64,000 bases of DNA. Source: an uncultured Gemmatimonadales bacterium. GTDB lineage: Bacteria > Gemmatimonadota > Gemmatimonadetes > Gemmatimonadales > GWC2-71-9. Shown piece after piece: positions 1 to 9,427 of the stretch (position 1 is its first letter; every line of letters starts with the position of its first letter). Made by a program: the position numbers and the translations under genes. The stretch spans positions 133,065-197,064 of the forward strand of contig CAWFNY010000003.1 in assembly GCA_963817435.1 (NCBI GenBank). Direction: 5' to 3'. The notes beneath the pieces were generated by a model. That model was not told where the DNA came from and made no database searches. It saw only the letters and a program-made list of their open reading frames with translations.

Positions 1-294
1 CCGCTCGAAATCGCGGCGGGCGTGCCCCACCGCCTGCGCTTCGTCAACATCGGGGTCGCCTACCGCGTGCCCGTCGAACTCCGCCGGGACTCCGCCCTCG
101 CGAACTGGCGGGTGGTCGCGGTGGACGGCGCCGACCTCCCGGCCGGCCAGCAGCAGGATGTCCCGGCACAACGGGTGTTCGACGTAGGGATGACCTTCGA
201 TGCGCTCTTCACGCCCGCACCGGGCGACTACATGCTGCGAATGGCCTTCAACGACACGACCGTTGTCTATCGCCGGAGGATCATCGCGCGGTAG
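1..294 (+). CDS. 3' end of a cupredoxin-fold / multicopper-oxidase-like gene (5' part outside window)
   Basis: Frame 1 is open from base 1 to TAG 292-294. The beta-rich sequence RLRFVNIG...PGDYMLRMA resembles the RLRxIN...PGxW pattern of cupredoxin domains. No copper-ligand motif is visible, so the family call is weak. Confidence 0.35.
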   Translation, partial: PLEIAAGVPHRLRFVNIGVAYRVPVELRRDSALANWRVVAVDGADLPAGQQQDVPAQRVFDVGMTFDALFTPAPGDYMLRMAFNDTTVVYRRRIIAR

Positions 295-366
295 CGAAGC
301 CCCGCTGGCCTTTCGCGCCGGGGCGTGGTAGCGTCCCTGCCATTCCCCAGACGCGGTGCCCCGCCG

Positions 367-2799
367 ATGCGCGTGCAGATCCTCCTGCTGTCCCTGGTCG
401 TCCTGGCCACGCCGGTCCGTGCCCAGGATTCGATTCCGACCATCGAAGCCAAGACCCGGAACTTCAGGAAGCTGGAAGGCTTCCTGCCGCTCTACTGGGA
501 CGAAGGCGCAGGGCGCCTCTGGCTGGAGGTGCCGCTCGTCGGCGAAGAGCTGATCCTCGTCCCCTCGCTCAGCACCGGGGTGGGCTCGAACGATATCGGG
601 CTCGATCGGAGCAGGATCGGCGGATCGAAGATCGTCCGCTTCGAGCGGGTGGGGCCGAAGCTCCTGCTGGTGCAGCCTAACTACAACTTCAGGGCGGTGG
701 GCGGCAGCCCCCAGGAGCGGCGGGCGGTCGAGGAGTCCTTCGCGCAGTCGGTGCTGTGGGGCTTCACCGTCGGCGCGGCGACCGGCGGTCGCGTGCTGGT
801 AGACGCGACGGAGTTCTTCCTTTCCGATCAGAACGACGCTTCGGGGACGCTTCGGCAGACCAAGCAGGGCGACTACCACATTGACGCCTCGCGGAGCGTG
901 GTCTACCTGCCGAGAACCCGTGCCTTTCCTCAGAACACGGAGGTGGAGGTGACGCTCACCTTCACCGGAACGCCGGCGGGGCGCTGGGTGCGTGATGTGA
1001 CCCCGACGCCGGAGGCGATCTCCTTCCGGCAGCACTTCTCCTTCGTCGCGCTCCCCGCGCCCGGCTACCAGCCACGGGTGAACCTGCCCGGCTCCGGCTA
1101 TTTCGACATCGAGTACGCCGACTACGCGACGCCCATCGGGCAGCCGCTGGTCGAGCGGTTCATCGCCCGGCACCGGCTCCAGAAGCGGAACCCGGACGCC
1201 GCGGTCAGCGACCCGGTCAAGCCAATCGTCTACTACCTCGACCCTGGCGTCCCCGAGCCGGTGCGCTCGGCGCTGCTCGACGGCGCCCGCTGGTGGAGGG
1301 CGGCGTTCGAGGCCGCCGGCTACAGCAATGCCTTCTACGTCGAGGTGCTCCCCGACAGCGCCGACCCGATGGACATCCGTTACAACGTGATCCAGTGGGT
1401 GCACCGCGCGACCCGCGGCTGGAGCACCGGATCGGCAGTGGTGGACCCCCGCACCGGCGAGATCATCAAGGGGCTGGTGCAACTGGGCTCGCTGCGCGTG
1501 CGGCAGGACTACCTCATCGCCGAAGGCCTCCTCGATCCCTATCCGACGGGGATGGAGGAACCGGCGGCGCCGCTCGCGATGGCGCTGGCCCGGCTCCGCC
1601 AGCTTGCCGCGCACGAGGTGGGGCATTCGCTCGGCCTCGAGCACAACTACATCGCGAGCACCGAGGGCCGGGCATCGGTCATGGATTACCCGCATCCGCT
1701 GGTCCAGATCGCGGCGGACGGTTCCCTCTCGCTCGACAGCGCGTATGCGACGGGGGTGGGGAGCTGGGACAGTGTCGCGATCGCGTATGGATACTCGGCG
1801 CTCCCGGCGGGGAGCGGCGAACAGCCTGCACTCGAGCGGATTCTGTCGGATGCGCGGGCCCGCGGGATCACCTTCCTCACCGACGGAGATGCGCGCCCCG
1901 AGGGAGGCAGCCATCCGTCGGCACATCTCTGGGACAACGGCACCGACGCCGCGACCGAACTCGACCGGGTGATGGATGTGCGACGTGTGGCGCTGAATCG
2001 CTTCGGGGAGCGCGCCATACGCGCCGGCAGTCCGATGGCCACGCTCGAGGAGGTCTTCGTCCCCGTCTACCTGCATCACCGCTATCAGGCCGAAGCGGCG
2101 GTGAAGATGGTCGGCGGAGAGTGGTACAGCTATGCGGTGCGGGGTGACGGCCAGGTGCCGCTCAAGCCGGTGCCCGCCGCCGATCAGCGCCGTGCACTAA
2201 AGGCCCTGCTCAGGACCCTCGCCCCCGCCGAGCTGACCCTGCCCCGGAGCGTGCTCGCCCAGCTCCCGCCGAGGCCGGAGCCATTCAGCCTCCATCGCGA
2301 ACTCTTCAACCGGACGACGGGCATCACCTTCGATGCCGTGGCGCCGGCCATGGCGGCAGCGGATCTCACGGTGTCGCTCCTCTTCAATCCCGAGCGGGCC
2401 GCGCGCCTGACTCAGCAGCCGGCGCTCGACCCGAAGCAGCTCGGCCTTACCGAGGTGATGCACGCCGTCGTCTCCGCGGCCTTCGGAGCCACACCGAAGG
2501 ATGCGTACCAGGCCGAGGTGGCGCGCGCGGTGCGGTACGTGGTCGCGGATGATCTGATGCGGCTCGCGGTGGAGGCCAAATATCCCCAGGCGCGGGCGCT
2601 CGCGCTCGCGGAGATTGATGCGCTCCGGCGCCAGCTCGACCTGACCCGCGCGCGGACGACGGCGAGTGCCGCGGACCGGGCCCAGGCGGCCGCATTGAGC
2701 GGCGACCTCAAGCGCTTCCTCGAGGAGCCAGGGGAGCGCGAGAACCGGCCGCGGGACCCGATCGCTCCGCCGCCGGGGAGCCCGATCGGCGCGGGCTGA
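367..2799 (+). CDS. secreted zinc metalloprotease (HEXXH zincin, DUF5117/DUF4953-like architecture)
   Basis: ORF 325..2799. ATG 367 gives the signal peptide MRVQILLLSLVVLATPVRAQ; GTG 325 is the longest alternative start. Zincin motif HEVGHSLGLEHN. About 810 aa. Confidence 0.8.
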   Translation: MRVQILLLSLVVLATPVRAQDSIPTIEAKTRNFRKLEGFLPLYWDEGAGRLWLEVPLVGEELILVPSLSTGVGSNDIGLDRSRIGGSKIVRFERVGPKLLLVQPNYNFRAVGGSPQERRAVEESFAQSVLWGFTVGAATGGRVLVDATEFFLSDQNDASGTLRQTKQGDYHIDASRSVVYLPRTRAFPQNTEVEVTLTFTGTPAGRWVRDVTPTPEAISFRQHFSFVALPAPGYQPRVNLPGSGYFDIEYADYATPIGQPLVERFIARHRLQKRNPDAAVSDPVKPIVYYLDPGVPEPVRSALLDGARWWRAAFEAAGYSNAFYVEVLPDSADPMDIRYNVIQWVHRATRGWSTGSAVVDPRTGEIIKGLVQLGSLRVRQDYLIAEGLLDPYPTGMEEPAAPLAMALARLRQLAAHEVGHSLGLEHNYIASTEGRASVMDYPHPLVQIAADGSLSLDSAYATGVGSWDSVAIAYGYSALPAGSGEQPALERILSDARARGITFLTDGDARPEGGSHPSAHLWDNGTDAATELDRVMDVRRVALNRFGERAIRAGSPMATLEEVFVPVYLHHRYQAEAAVKMVGGEWYSYAVRGDGQVPLKPVPAADQRRALKALLRTLAPAELTLPRSVLAQLPPRPEPFSLHRELFNRTTGITFDAVAPAMAAADLTVSLLFNPERAARLTQQPALDPKQLGLTEVMHAVVSAAFGATPKDAYQAEVARAVRYVVADDLMRLAVEAKYPQARALALAEIDALRRQLDLTRARTTASAADRAQAAALSGDLKRFLEEPGERENRPRDPIAPPPGSPIGAG

Positions 2800-2838
2800 T
2801 TCAGCCGACTCCACAACTTTCCCACCACCGAGGAATTC

Positions 2839-4122
2839 ATGCGTCGAGTCAGACCGATGCTGTGCCTCGCGCTGAGCGCGGTACCTCTTGCGTCAGGCCT
2901 CGCCCAGAGCCGGGCGACGGCGTCGCCCGCCGCGCTCGGGTTCGCGCCGGACCGGCTGGCGCGGATCGATCGGGTGGCACAGGCGTTCGTGGACTCCGGC
3001 AAGGTCTCCGGCGTGGTCATGCTGGTGATGCGCCACGGCCAGGTCGCCTATCAGAAGGCGTTCGGCGCCGCGGACATCGAGGCCCATCGCCCGATGAAGA
3101 CCGACGCGCTCTTCCGAATCGCCTCCCAGAGCAAGGCCGTCACCAGCGTCGCGATCATGGCCCTGGTGGAGGAAGGCAGGCTCCGGCTCTCCGACCCGGT
3201 CTCGAAGTTCGTGCCGAGCTTTGCCGCGACCCGCGTGGCCATCAAGAGCGACACCGGCCTGGAACTCGTCCCCGTGAAGCGCGCGATCACCATCCGCGAC
3301 CTGCTGACCCACACCGCGGGCATCTCGTACGGCACCGACTCGCCGGTGCGCGAGCAGTACCGCGCCGCGGGCTTCGGTCCGGCCGCCGGCGAGGGCTGGT
3401 ACTTCGCCGACAAGACGGAGCCCATCTGCACCAGCATCGACCGGCTCGGCTCTCTACCGATCGTGGAACAGCCCGGCATCCACTTCGTATACGGCTACAG
3501 CACCGACATCCTCGGGTGCATCGTCGAACGGGTGTCGGGCCTGCCGCTCGATATCTTCTTCCAACGGCGCATCTTCACGCCGCTCGGGATGAGAGACACC
3601 TGGTTCTATCCTCCACCCCGGGATGCCGGCCGACTCACCGCGGTCTACGCGATCTCGGACAGCGGTCGCCTGGTGCGCGCGCCCGACGGTCCGCTGGGCC
3701 AGGGCGACTATATCACCGGGCCGCGCACCAGCTTTTCCGGCGGTGCGGGGCTCGTGTCCACCGCTCGGGACTACGCCCGGTTCCTGCAGATGCTGGACAA
3801 CGGCGGCAGCCTCGATGGCGCGCGCATCCTCTCGCCGTCGACGGTGCGCCTCATGACGAGCGACCAGATCGAAACCATCTTCGGCATGCGCGGGCTCGGC
3901 TTCGGCCTCGGCTTCGAGATTCTCACCAACCCGGGCGCGGCGGGCGAGTACGGGCGCGCGGGTCGCTTCGGATGGGGCGGCGCCTACGGCTCCAACTACT
4001 GGGTGGATCCGGCGAACGACCTCGTGGCGGTGTTCATGATGCAGCTGATGCCGCGCCGAGGGGTGGATCTGGCCGAGCGGTTCCGGACACTGGTGTACCA
4101 GGCGCTGGTCAGCGAGCAGTGA
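2839..4122 (+). CDS. serine hydrolase, beta-lactamase/PBP (class C-like) family
   Basis: 427 aa. Signal peptide MRRVRPMLCLALSAVPLASGLAQS. Ser-x-x-Lys active site in FRIASQSKAVTS. Confidence 0.8.
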   Translation: MRRVRPMLCLALSAVPLASGLAQSRATASPAALGFAPDRLARIDRVAQAFVDSGKVSGVVMLVMRHGQVAYQKAFGAADIEAHRPMKTDALFRIASQSKAVTSVAIMALVEEGRLRLSDPVSKFVPSFAATRVAIKSDTGLELVPVKRAITIRDLLTHTAGISYGTDSPVREQYRAAGFGPAAGEGWYFADKTEPICTSIDRLGSLPIVEQPGIHFVYGYSTDILGCIVERVSGLPLDIFFQRRIFTPLGMRDTWFYPPPRDAGRLTAVYAISDSGRLVRAPDGPLGQGDYITGPRTSFSGGAGLVSTARDYARFLQMLDNGGSLDGARILSPSTVRLMTSDQIETIFGMRGLGFGLGFEILTNPGAAGEYGRAGRFGWGGAYGSNYWVDPANDLVAVFMMQLMPRRGVDLAERFRTLVYQALVSEQ

Positions 4123-4242
4123 GCGCGGGCCATTGGCGATATGGAACGCAGATCACCGACGCGGTAGACTGAGTAGCTCATGCTGTGATCCCGGCCGTTC
4201 CCCGGGGCGACACCACTCCCAACTCCTTACTTTCGGCCTTTC

Positions 4243-5484
4243 ATGCCTACCAGTCCACTCGGCATCGGCTTCATCGGCAGCGGCTTCAACGCCCGATTTC
4301 ACATGCAGTCCTTCCAGGGCGTGCGCGACGCGGAAATCCGCGGCGTCTGGAGCCCCAACCGGAAGAATGCGGAATCAGCGGCGGCGTACGCGCGGAAGCT
4401 CGATATCGGAGCCTGTCAGCCCTATCGCTCCATTGCCGAAATGGTGGTCGACCCGGAGATCGACGCGATCTGGCTCTGCGGGCCGAATCAGGCCCGGGTG
4501 GAAAACGTGGAGGAGCTGACCGATCCGATCATGCGGGGCCACGGAGACCTCGTGGGCATCGCCTGCGAGAAGCCGCTCGCGCGCAACGTCGCCGAGGCCA
4601 AGCTCGTCACCACCCTGGTGAAGCGGGCCGGCCTCAAGCACGGCTATCTCGAGAATCAGCTCTTTGCCCCGCAGGTGGAGACCGGCCGCAGCCTGATCTG
4701 GGCCCGCGGCGCGGCGCTGACCGGGCGGCCTTATCTGGCCCGCGCGGCGGAAGAGCACAGCGGGCCGCACATGCCCTGGTTCTGGCGCGGGGCGCTGCAG
4801 GGCGGCGGCGTGCTGAACGACATGATGTGTCACTCGGCGCTGGTGGTTCGCCACCTGCTGACCCGGCCCGGCGATTCGCTCGGCACGGTGAAGCCGGTCC
4901 GGATCACGGCCCATATCGCCAGCCTCAAGTGGAGCCGCCCCGAGTACAGCAAGCGCCTCAAGGCCACGATGGGCAAGGAGGTCGACTACGCCAAACAGCC
5001 GTCCGAAGACTTCGCCAGCCTCATGATCGAGTTCGAAACCGCCGATGGCCACCGCGTGCTCGGCGAGGCGACGACCAGCTGGAGCTTCGTCGGCGCCGGC
5101 CTCCGCTTGTCCGCGGAGCTCCTCGGCCCCGAATACTCGATGTCATGGAATACGCTCGACACCGGGCTCAAGCTCTTCTTCAGCCGGGAGGTGAAGGGCA
5201 AGACGGGCGAGGATCTGGTCGAGAAGCAGAATGCCGAGACGGGACTGATGCCGGTCGTCGCCAACGAGGCAGCCGCCTATGGCTACGAGGGGGAGAACCG
5301 GCATTTCGTGCGGGTCTTCCTCGGAAAGGAGGAACCGCTGCTGACCTGGGATGACGGCCTGGACGTGGTCCGGATCCTGATGGCCGCCTATCAGAGCGCC
5401 GAGCAGGGCAAGACCCTCAAGTTCCCTCCGAACGGCGTGGACAGCTTCATCCCGGCCGTCGCGAAGGGAACCTGGAAGCCCTGA
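4243..5484 (+). CDS. Gfo/Idh/MocA family NAD(P)-dependent oxidoreductase
   Basis: 413 aa. N-terminal Rossmann segment GIGFIGSGFNARFH. Length and layout are typical of the family. Confidence 0.75.
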   Translation: MPTSPLGIGFIGSGFNARFHMQSFQGVRDAEIRGVWSPNRKNAESAAAYARKLDIGACQPYRSIAEMVVDPEIDAIWLCGPNQARVENVEELTDPIMRGHGDLVGIACEKPLARNVAEAKLVTTLVKRAGLKHGYLENQLFAPQVETGRSLIWARGAALTGRPYLARAAEEHSGPHMPWFWRGALQGGGVLNDMMCHSALVVRHLLTRPGDSLGTVKPVRITAHIASLKWSRPEYSKRLKATMGKEVDYAKQPSEDFASLMIEFETADGHRVLGEATTSWSFVGAGLRLSAELLGPEYSMSWNTLDTGLKLFFSREVKGKTGEDLVEKQNAETGLMPVVANEAAAYGYEGENRHFVRVFLGKEEPLLTWDDGLDVVRILMAAYQSAEQGKTLKFPPNGVDSFIPAVAKGTWKP

Positions 5485-6321
5485 TCAAGCTCCCGCTGAG
5501 GAGGGGTGCGGGCCGGCGAGAAGGCGAGGGTCGAACTTGGGGTGCGTGACGGGCTTGCCGTCACGCGACCACATGCGAAGGCCGGTGATCTTTCCGTCCT
5601 TGACGGTACCATCGACTTCCATCTGGCCGTTGTCATACCAGCGCGTCATGGGACCCACTGGCTGCCCGGCTTTCCAACTGATCCGGCTCTTCTCCTTGCC
5701 TGACGGATAATACTCGCTCACCACGCCGTCCGGCGTTCCCTGGGAGAAGACTCCCTCGTACTTCTTCTTGCCATCGGGATACCAGAACACCAATCCGCCC
5801 TGAAGCAGCCCGCCGCTGTAATGACCCTCGCTCCGTGGCTTGCCGTCATCGTACCAGGTCTTGGCCACGCCCTCTCCCTTCCCTGCATGCATAGGCCGCT
5901 CGCTGATCACCTTCCCCTGCGCGTTGAAGTCCTTCATCGCCCCTTCCAGCTGCCCGTTCACGAAGGTTTGGGTCCGTGACAGCTGGCCGAGGGAATCCCA
6001 TTCCTCACGGACTCCCTCGCGTCGACCGGCTTTCCAGGTCTCCGCAAATGCGCGTTTGCCGTTCCGGTGCAGCCCTTCGGCGCTGCCGTCCCGGACCCCC
6101 CTGCGGTACGGCATGTTGACGCGAATACCGGTGGCGCTGTCCTGCGGCACCAGCAGCACCCCGCTGAAGGGTTCCTTGCTGCCGATGACATACCGGAGTC
6201 CGTCGCGGTCTTCGGTCTTGGCGAGGGGCACCTGCTTCGGGCTGCAGGCGGCGAGGACGAGGAGCGCGAGGAGCGGCAGGCGCAGCAGGTGGAAGCGCGA
6301 TGGGGTGGACGACTGGGGCAC
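5485..6321 (-). CDS. MORN-variant repeat lipoprotein (YwqK-like)
   Basis: 278 aa with a GTG start. Lipobox LLVLAAC. Repeated G-x-x-x-G-x-x-x-x-(W/Y)Y-x-(D/N)G units, e.g. KTWYDDGKPRSEGHYSGG, VFWYPDGKKKYEGVF, TRWYDNGQMEVDG. Confidence 0.6.
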   Translation of the reverse strand: MPQSSTPSRFHLLRLPLLALLVLAACSPKQVPLAKTEDRDGLRYVIGSKEPFSGVLLVPQDSATGIRVNMPYRRGVRDGSAEGLHRNGKRAFAETWKAGRREGVREEWDSLGQLSRTQTFVNGQLEGAMKDFNAQGKVISERPMHAGKGEGVAKTWYDDGKPRSEGHYSGGLLQGGLVFWYPDGKKKYEGVFSQGTPDGVVSEYYPSGKEKSRISWKAGQPVGPMTRWYDNGQMEVDGTVKDGKITGLRMWSRDGKPVTHPKFDPRLLAGPHPSSAGA

Positions 6322-6610
6322 GAGACCCTCTCCAATCAGTGACTATGGGACAAACGATGGCGGAATTGCTGATGCATCATCCATAGAACCCTCGGAAAAT
6401 CGCCGCAAGCGGGCGTGAGGCGTTCTTCAGGCACCCGGAACCGGGCTCGGCGGCCTGGCCGGGATCCGGGCGCCCCGGGTGGCTGTCCGGCATCACGTTT
6501 GCCCATGATACCAGCGAAGGCCCCTGAGAGAGATCGGTACCCCCGTTTCAAGCCGCAAAATGCGGCTGGTTGGGGGTTTCCGCCGTCCGGCGGAGCCCTA
6601 AGGTACTGGG

Positions 6611-9361
6611 GTGGAAGAGTTTCGAGGCCGGGATCGGCCGGGATCAGGCATGACGAATCAGCCGCGGACAGAACGCAACCGGGTGGGAGGGGTCACGCTG
6701 GTGACCGCTCTCTACGGCTTGACGTATCTGGTCTGGGAGCGAGCGGGCTGGGGGAGCCCTGAGCTGCGGTCGCTGCTCGGCAATCTCGCGTTCATGCCAC
6801 TCAACCTGACCCTGGCGGTCCTCTGCTTCCTTGCCGCCAGCAAGTCCGTCCTGGACGAGGGGGTCCGCCGCGCGCTGCGCTTCCTGGGTGCCGGCTGCCT
6901 GATGGTCCTCGTGGGGAATGGCGTCTCGGTCTACTACCTCCTCGGGCTCGGTGAGGCCCCGGCGGTCTCCTGGGCGGACGTCTTCTATCTGGCCGACAGC
7001 TTCCTGATGCTCGCGGCGCTGCTGTCCTTCCCGATGGCACGCCGGGTCAGAGTGGAGAAGCTCAAGTACGCGCTCGACGCCGCGATCGTTCTGATCGGCG
7101 GAGCGGTCGCCATCTGGTATTTCACCGTGCTGCCCACCCAGAACGCGGGTGAGGACGCGCTCGCGACCGCCGTACTCGCCTTTGCGTACCCGCTCGCCAG
7201 CCTGCTGGTGCTGTACGGCGCGACCACCGTCGTGCTCCGGGGCCCGCTCGACAGCAACCGGGTCGCTTTCCGGCTGCTGATGACCGGCATCCTGGTCAGC
7301 ATCGTGGCCGACCTCGCCTTCGACCTCGTGCTGCTCGATTCGGGCACCCGGAGCGCGGCCTGGACCGACGCCGTCTACCTCCTCTTTTATCTCCTGCTGA
7401 CCGCCAGCACCGAGCTGTACTGGCGCCGGCCCGTGGCGCGCCTGGAACGCCGGGCGGAACCGCGCCCCAACGTGCAGCCGATGTCGCCGTTGCCCTATCT
7501 GGCGATCGCGACGACCTATGGCCTGCTGCTGGGCGCCGCCATCCGGCCGTGGTCGGATCCCATCAGCGGCATCGCCGTGGGTGCGGTGCTGATGACAGCC
7601 CTCGTCGTCATCCGTCAGCTCATCGCGGTCCGGCAGAACGTCCGGCTGCTCGCCGATTCCGCGGCGGAGGCCCGGTTCCGTTCACTGGTCCAGAACTCGT
7701 CCGACCTGATCCTGGTCGTGCGGGCGGACGGCACCATCCGCTTCGCGAGTCCCTCCGTGACCCGGGTGCTCCGCCAGGACCCGGCCGCGCTGCTCGGCCG
7801 GACCCTCACCGACCTCATCGACACCGAGGACCGGGAACGGGCCCGCGAGTTCTTGCGTCAGGCAGCATCCACCATCGCGATGAGCCCGCCGGTCGAATGG
7901 CGATTCCGCCAGCCCGATGGTTCGTTGCTGCATGCGGAACTGCTGGCAACCAATCTGCTGAGTGATCCCACCGTGCGCGGCGTGGTGCTCAACGGCCGCG
8001 ACGTGAGCGAGCGCAAGCGGCTGGAGCGCGAGCTGACGCACCAGGCCTTCCACGACCCGCTCACCGGTCTCGCCAACCGGGCGCTCTTCCTGGATCGCGT
8101 GAGCCATGCGCTGACGCTCGCGCGGCGGCAGAGCCGACCCGTGAGCGTCCTGTACCTGGACCTCGACGACTTCAAAAAGGTCAACGACAGCCTGGGCCAC
8201 GCCGAGGGCGACCATCTGCTGTCGAGCACCGCCGAACGACTGGAGTCCTCCGCGCGCGCCAGCGACACCGTGGCTCGGCTCGGCGGGGACGAATTCGCCG
8301 TGCTGATCGAGGATGGCGTCTCGCCGGACGATCTGAACATGCTGGTCGAGCGGTTCCAGGCCGCCCTCGCCCGGCCCTTCATCCTCAGCGGCAACGAAGT
8401 CCCCATGAGCGTCAGCATCGGCGTCGCCACGGCGGCACCCGAGGATGCGGCGGACGAACTGGTGCGCAACGCGGACATGGCGATGTACAACGCCAAGCGC
8501 CGTGGCAAGGGACGCGCGGAAACCTTCCAGTCCCAGATGTACGCGGCGGTGAAGCACCGGCTCGAACTCGAAGCGGCGCTGCGCCATGCCATCGAGACCG
8601 ATGGTCTCACCCTGGTGTATCAGCCGATCTTTTCGCTCCGGACCGGCCTGCTCGAAGGGGTCGAGGCGCTGGTGCGCTGGGAACATCCGCGGTTCGGCGC
8701 CCTGCTCCCGCAGCACTTCATTCCGCTGGCGGAGGAGACGGGGCTCATCGTGCAGCTCGGCCACTGGGTGCTCCGCGAATCGTGCCGCCAGGTGAAGCGC
8801 TGGAGGCAGGCGTTCCCCGACACCAGGATGACGATGGCGGTGAACATCTCCGGCCGGCAACTGCACGAACTGGACATCGTGCGGGAGACCCGGGAGGCAC
8901 TCGCCGAGTCGGGGGTGGAGCCGTCCGCGGTGATCCTCGAGATCACCGAGAGCGTGCTCATGCAGCAGGAGGGCTCGGTGCTCGAGCGACTGATCGAGCT
9001 CAAGACACTCGGCATCCAGCTCGCCATCGACGACTTCGGCACGGGCTATTCGTCGCTGAGCTACCTGCAGCGCTTCCCGATCGACATGATCAAGATCGCG
9101 CGACCCTTCGTCGAGGACATCGGCGGCGGGCTCGAGAAATCGGCGCTGGCCCGGGCCATCATCGGCCTCGGCGACACCCTCAAGCTGCGCACCGTCGCGG
9201 AAGGCGTCGAGCGCACCGACCAGTGCCTCGCCCTGATGAGCCTCGGCTGCGAACTCGGGCAGGGCTACTACTTCGCCCCGCCGCTCTCCGCGCAGGAAAT
9301 CCGCGCCCTGCTCGAGGAGCCGCGGTCGATGCTGCCGACCCCGGTCGCCATCGCGCTGTAG
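6611..9361 (+). CDS. membrane sensor PAS-GGDEF-EAL protein (c-di-GMP turnover)
   Basis: 916 aa; alternative ATG start at 6650. About 300 aa of N-terminal hydrophobic helices. PAS-like RFRSLVQNSSDLILVVRADGTIRF. Intact RLGGDEFAVL, intact EALVRWEHP and DDFGTGYSSLSYL. Confidence 0.9.
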   Translation: MEEFRGRDRPGSGMTNQPRTERNRVGGVTLVTALYGLTYLVWERAGWGSPELRSLLGNLAFMPLNLTLAVLCFLAASKSVLDEGVRRALRFLGAGCLMVLVGNGVSVYYLLGLGEAPAVSWADVFYLADSFLMLAALLSFPMARRVRVEKLKYALDAAIVLIGGAVAIWYFTVLPTQNAGEDALATAVLAFAYPLASLLVLYGATTVVLRGPLDSNRVAFRLLMTGILVSIVADLAFDLVLLDSGTRSAAWTDAVYLLFYLLLTASTELYWRRPVARLERRAEPRPNVQPMSPLPYLAIATTYGLLLGAAIRPWSDPISGIAVGAVLMTALVVIRQLIAVRQNVRLLADSAAEARFRSLVQNSSDLILVVRADGTIRFASPSVTRVLRQDPAALLGRTLTDLIDTEDRERAREFLRQAASTIAMSPPVEWRFRQPDGSLLHAELLATNLLSDPTVRGVVLNGRDVSERKRLERELTHQAFHDPLTGLANRALFLDRVSHALTLARRQSRPVSVLYLDLDDFKKVNDSLGHAEGDHLLSSTAERLESSARASDTVARLGGDEFAVLIEDGVSPDDLNMLVERFQAALARPFILSGNEVPMSVSIGVATAAPEDAADELVRNADMAMYNAKRRGKGRAETFQSQMYAAVKHRLELEAALRHAIETDGLTLVYQPIFSLRTGLLEGVEALVRWEHPRFGALLPQHFIPLAEETGLIVQLGHWVLRESCRQVKRWRQAFPDTRMTMAVNISGRQLHELDIVRETREALAESGVEPSAVILEITESVLMQQEGSVLERLIELKTLGIQLAIDDFGTGYSSLSYLQRFPIDMIKIARPFVEDIGGGLEKSALARAIIGLGDTLKLRTVAEGVERTDQCLALMSLGCELGQGYYFAPPLSAQEIRALLEEPRSMLPTPVAIAL

Positions 9362-9427
9362 CCCCCCGACGCTGGCGCGTCGGCGGAGAGACGGCGATAA
9401 TCCGGCTCCTCTCCGCAAGGACGCTGC

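Noticed and set aside
5482-5487. Palindromic TGATCA formed by abutting stop codons of convergent genes (oxidoreductase + and MORN lipoprotein -), with zero spacer.
   Set aside because: This is a curiosity of tight packing. There is no flanking structure or repeat to suggest a regulatory or recombination site.
6551-6594. Small hairpins (AGCCGCA-aaa-TGCGGCT at 6551-6567; TCCGCCG-tc-CGGCGGA at 6579-6594) and a lower-GC patch (about 6330-6400) in the 290-nt region upstream of the GGDEF-EAL gene. I considered a riboswitch, attenuator or sRNA.
   Set aside because: The stems are short with minimal loops, and I could not recognise a conserved riboswitch core. The evidence is insufficient without covariance-model search or transcript data.
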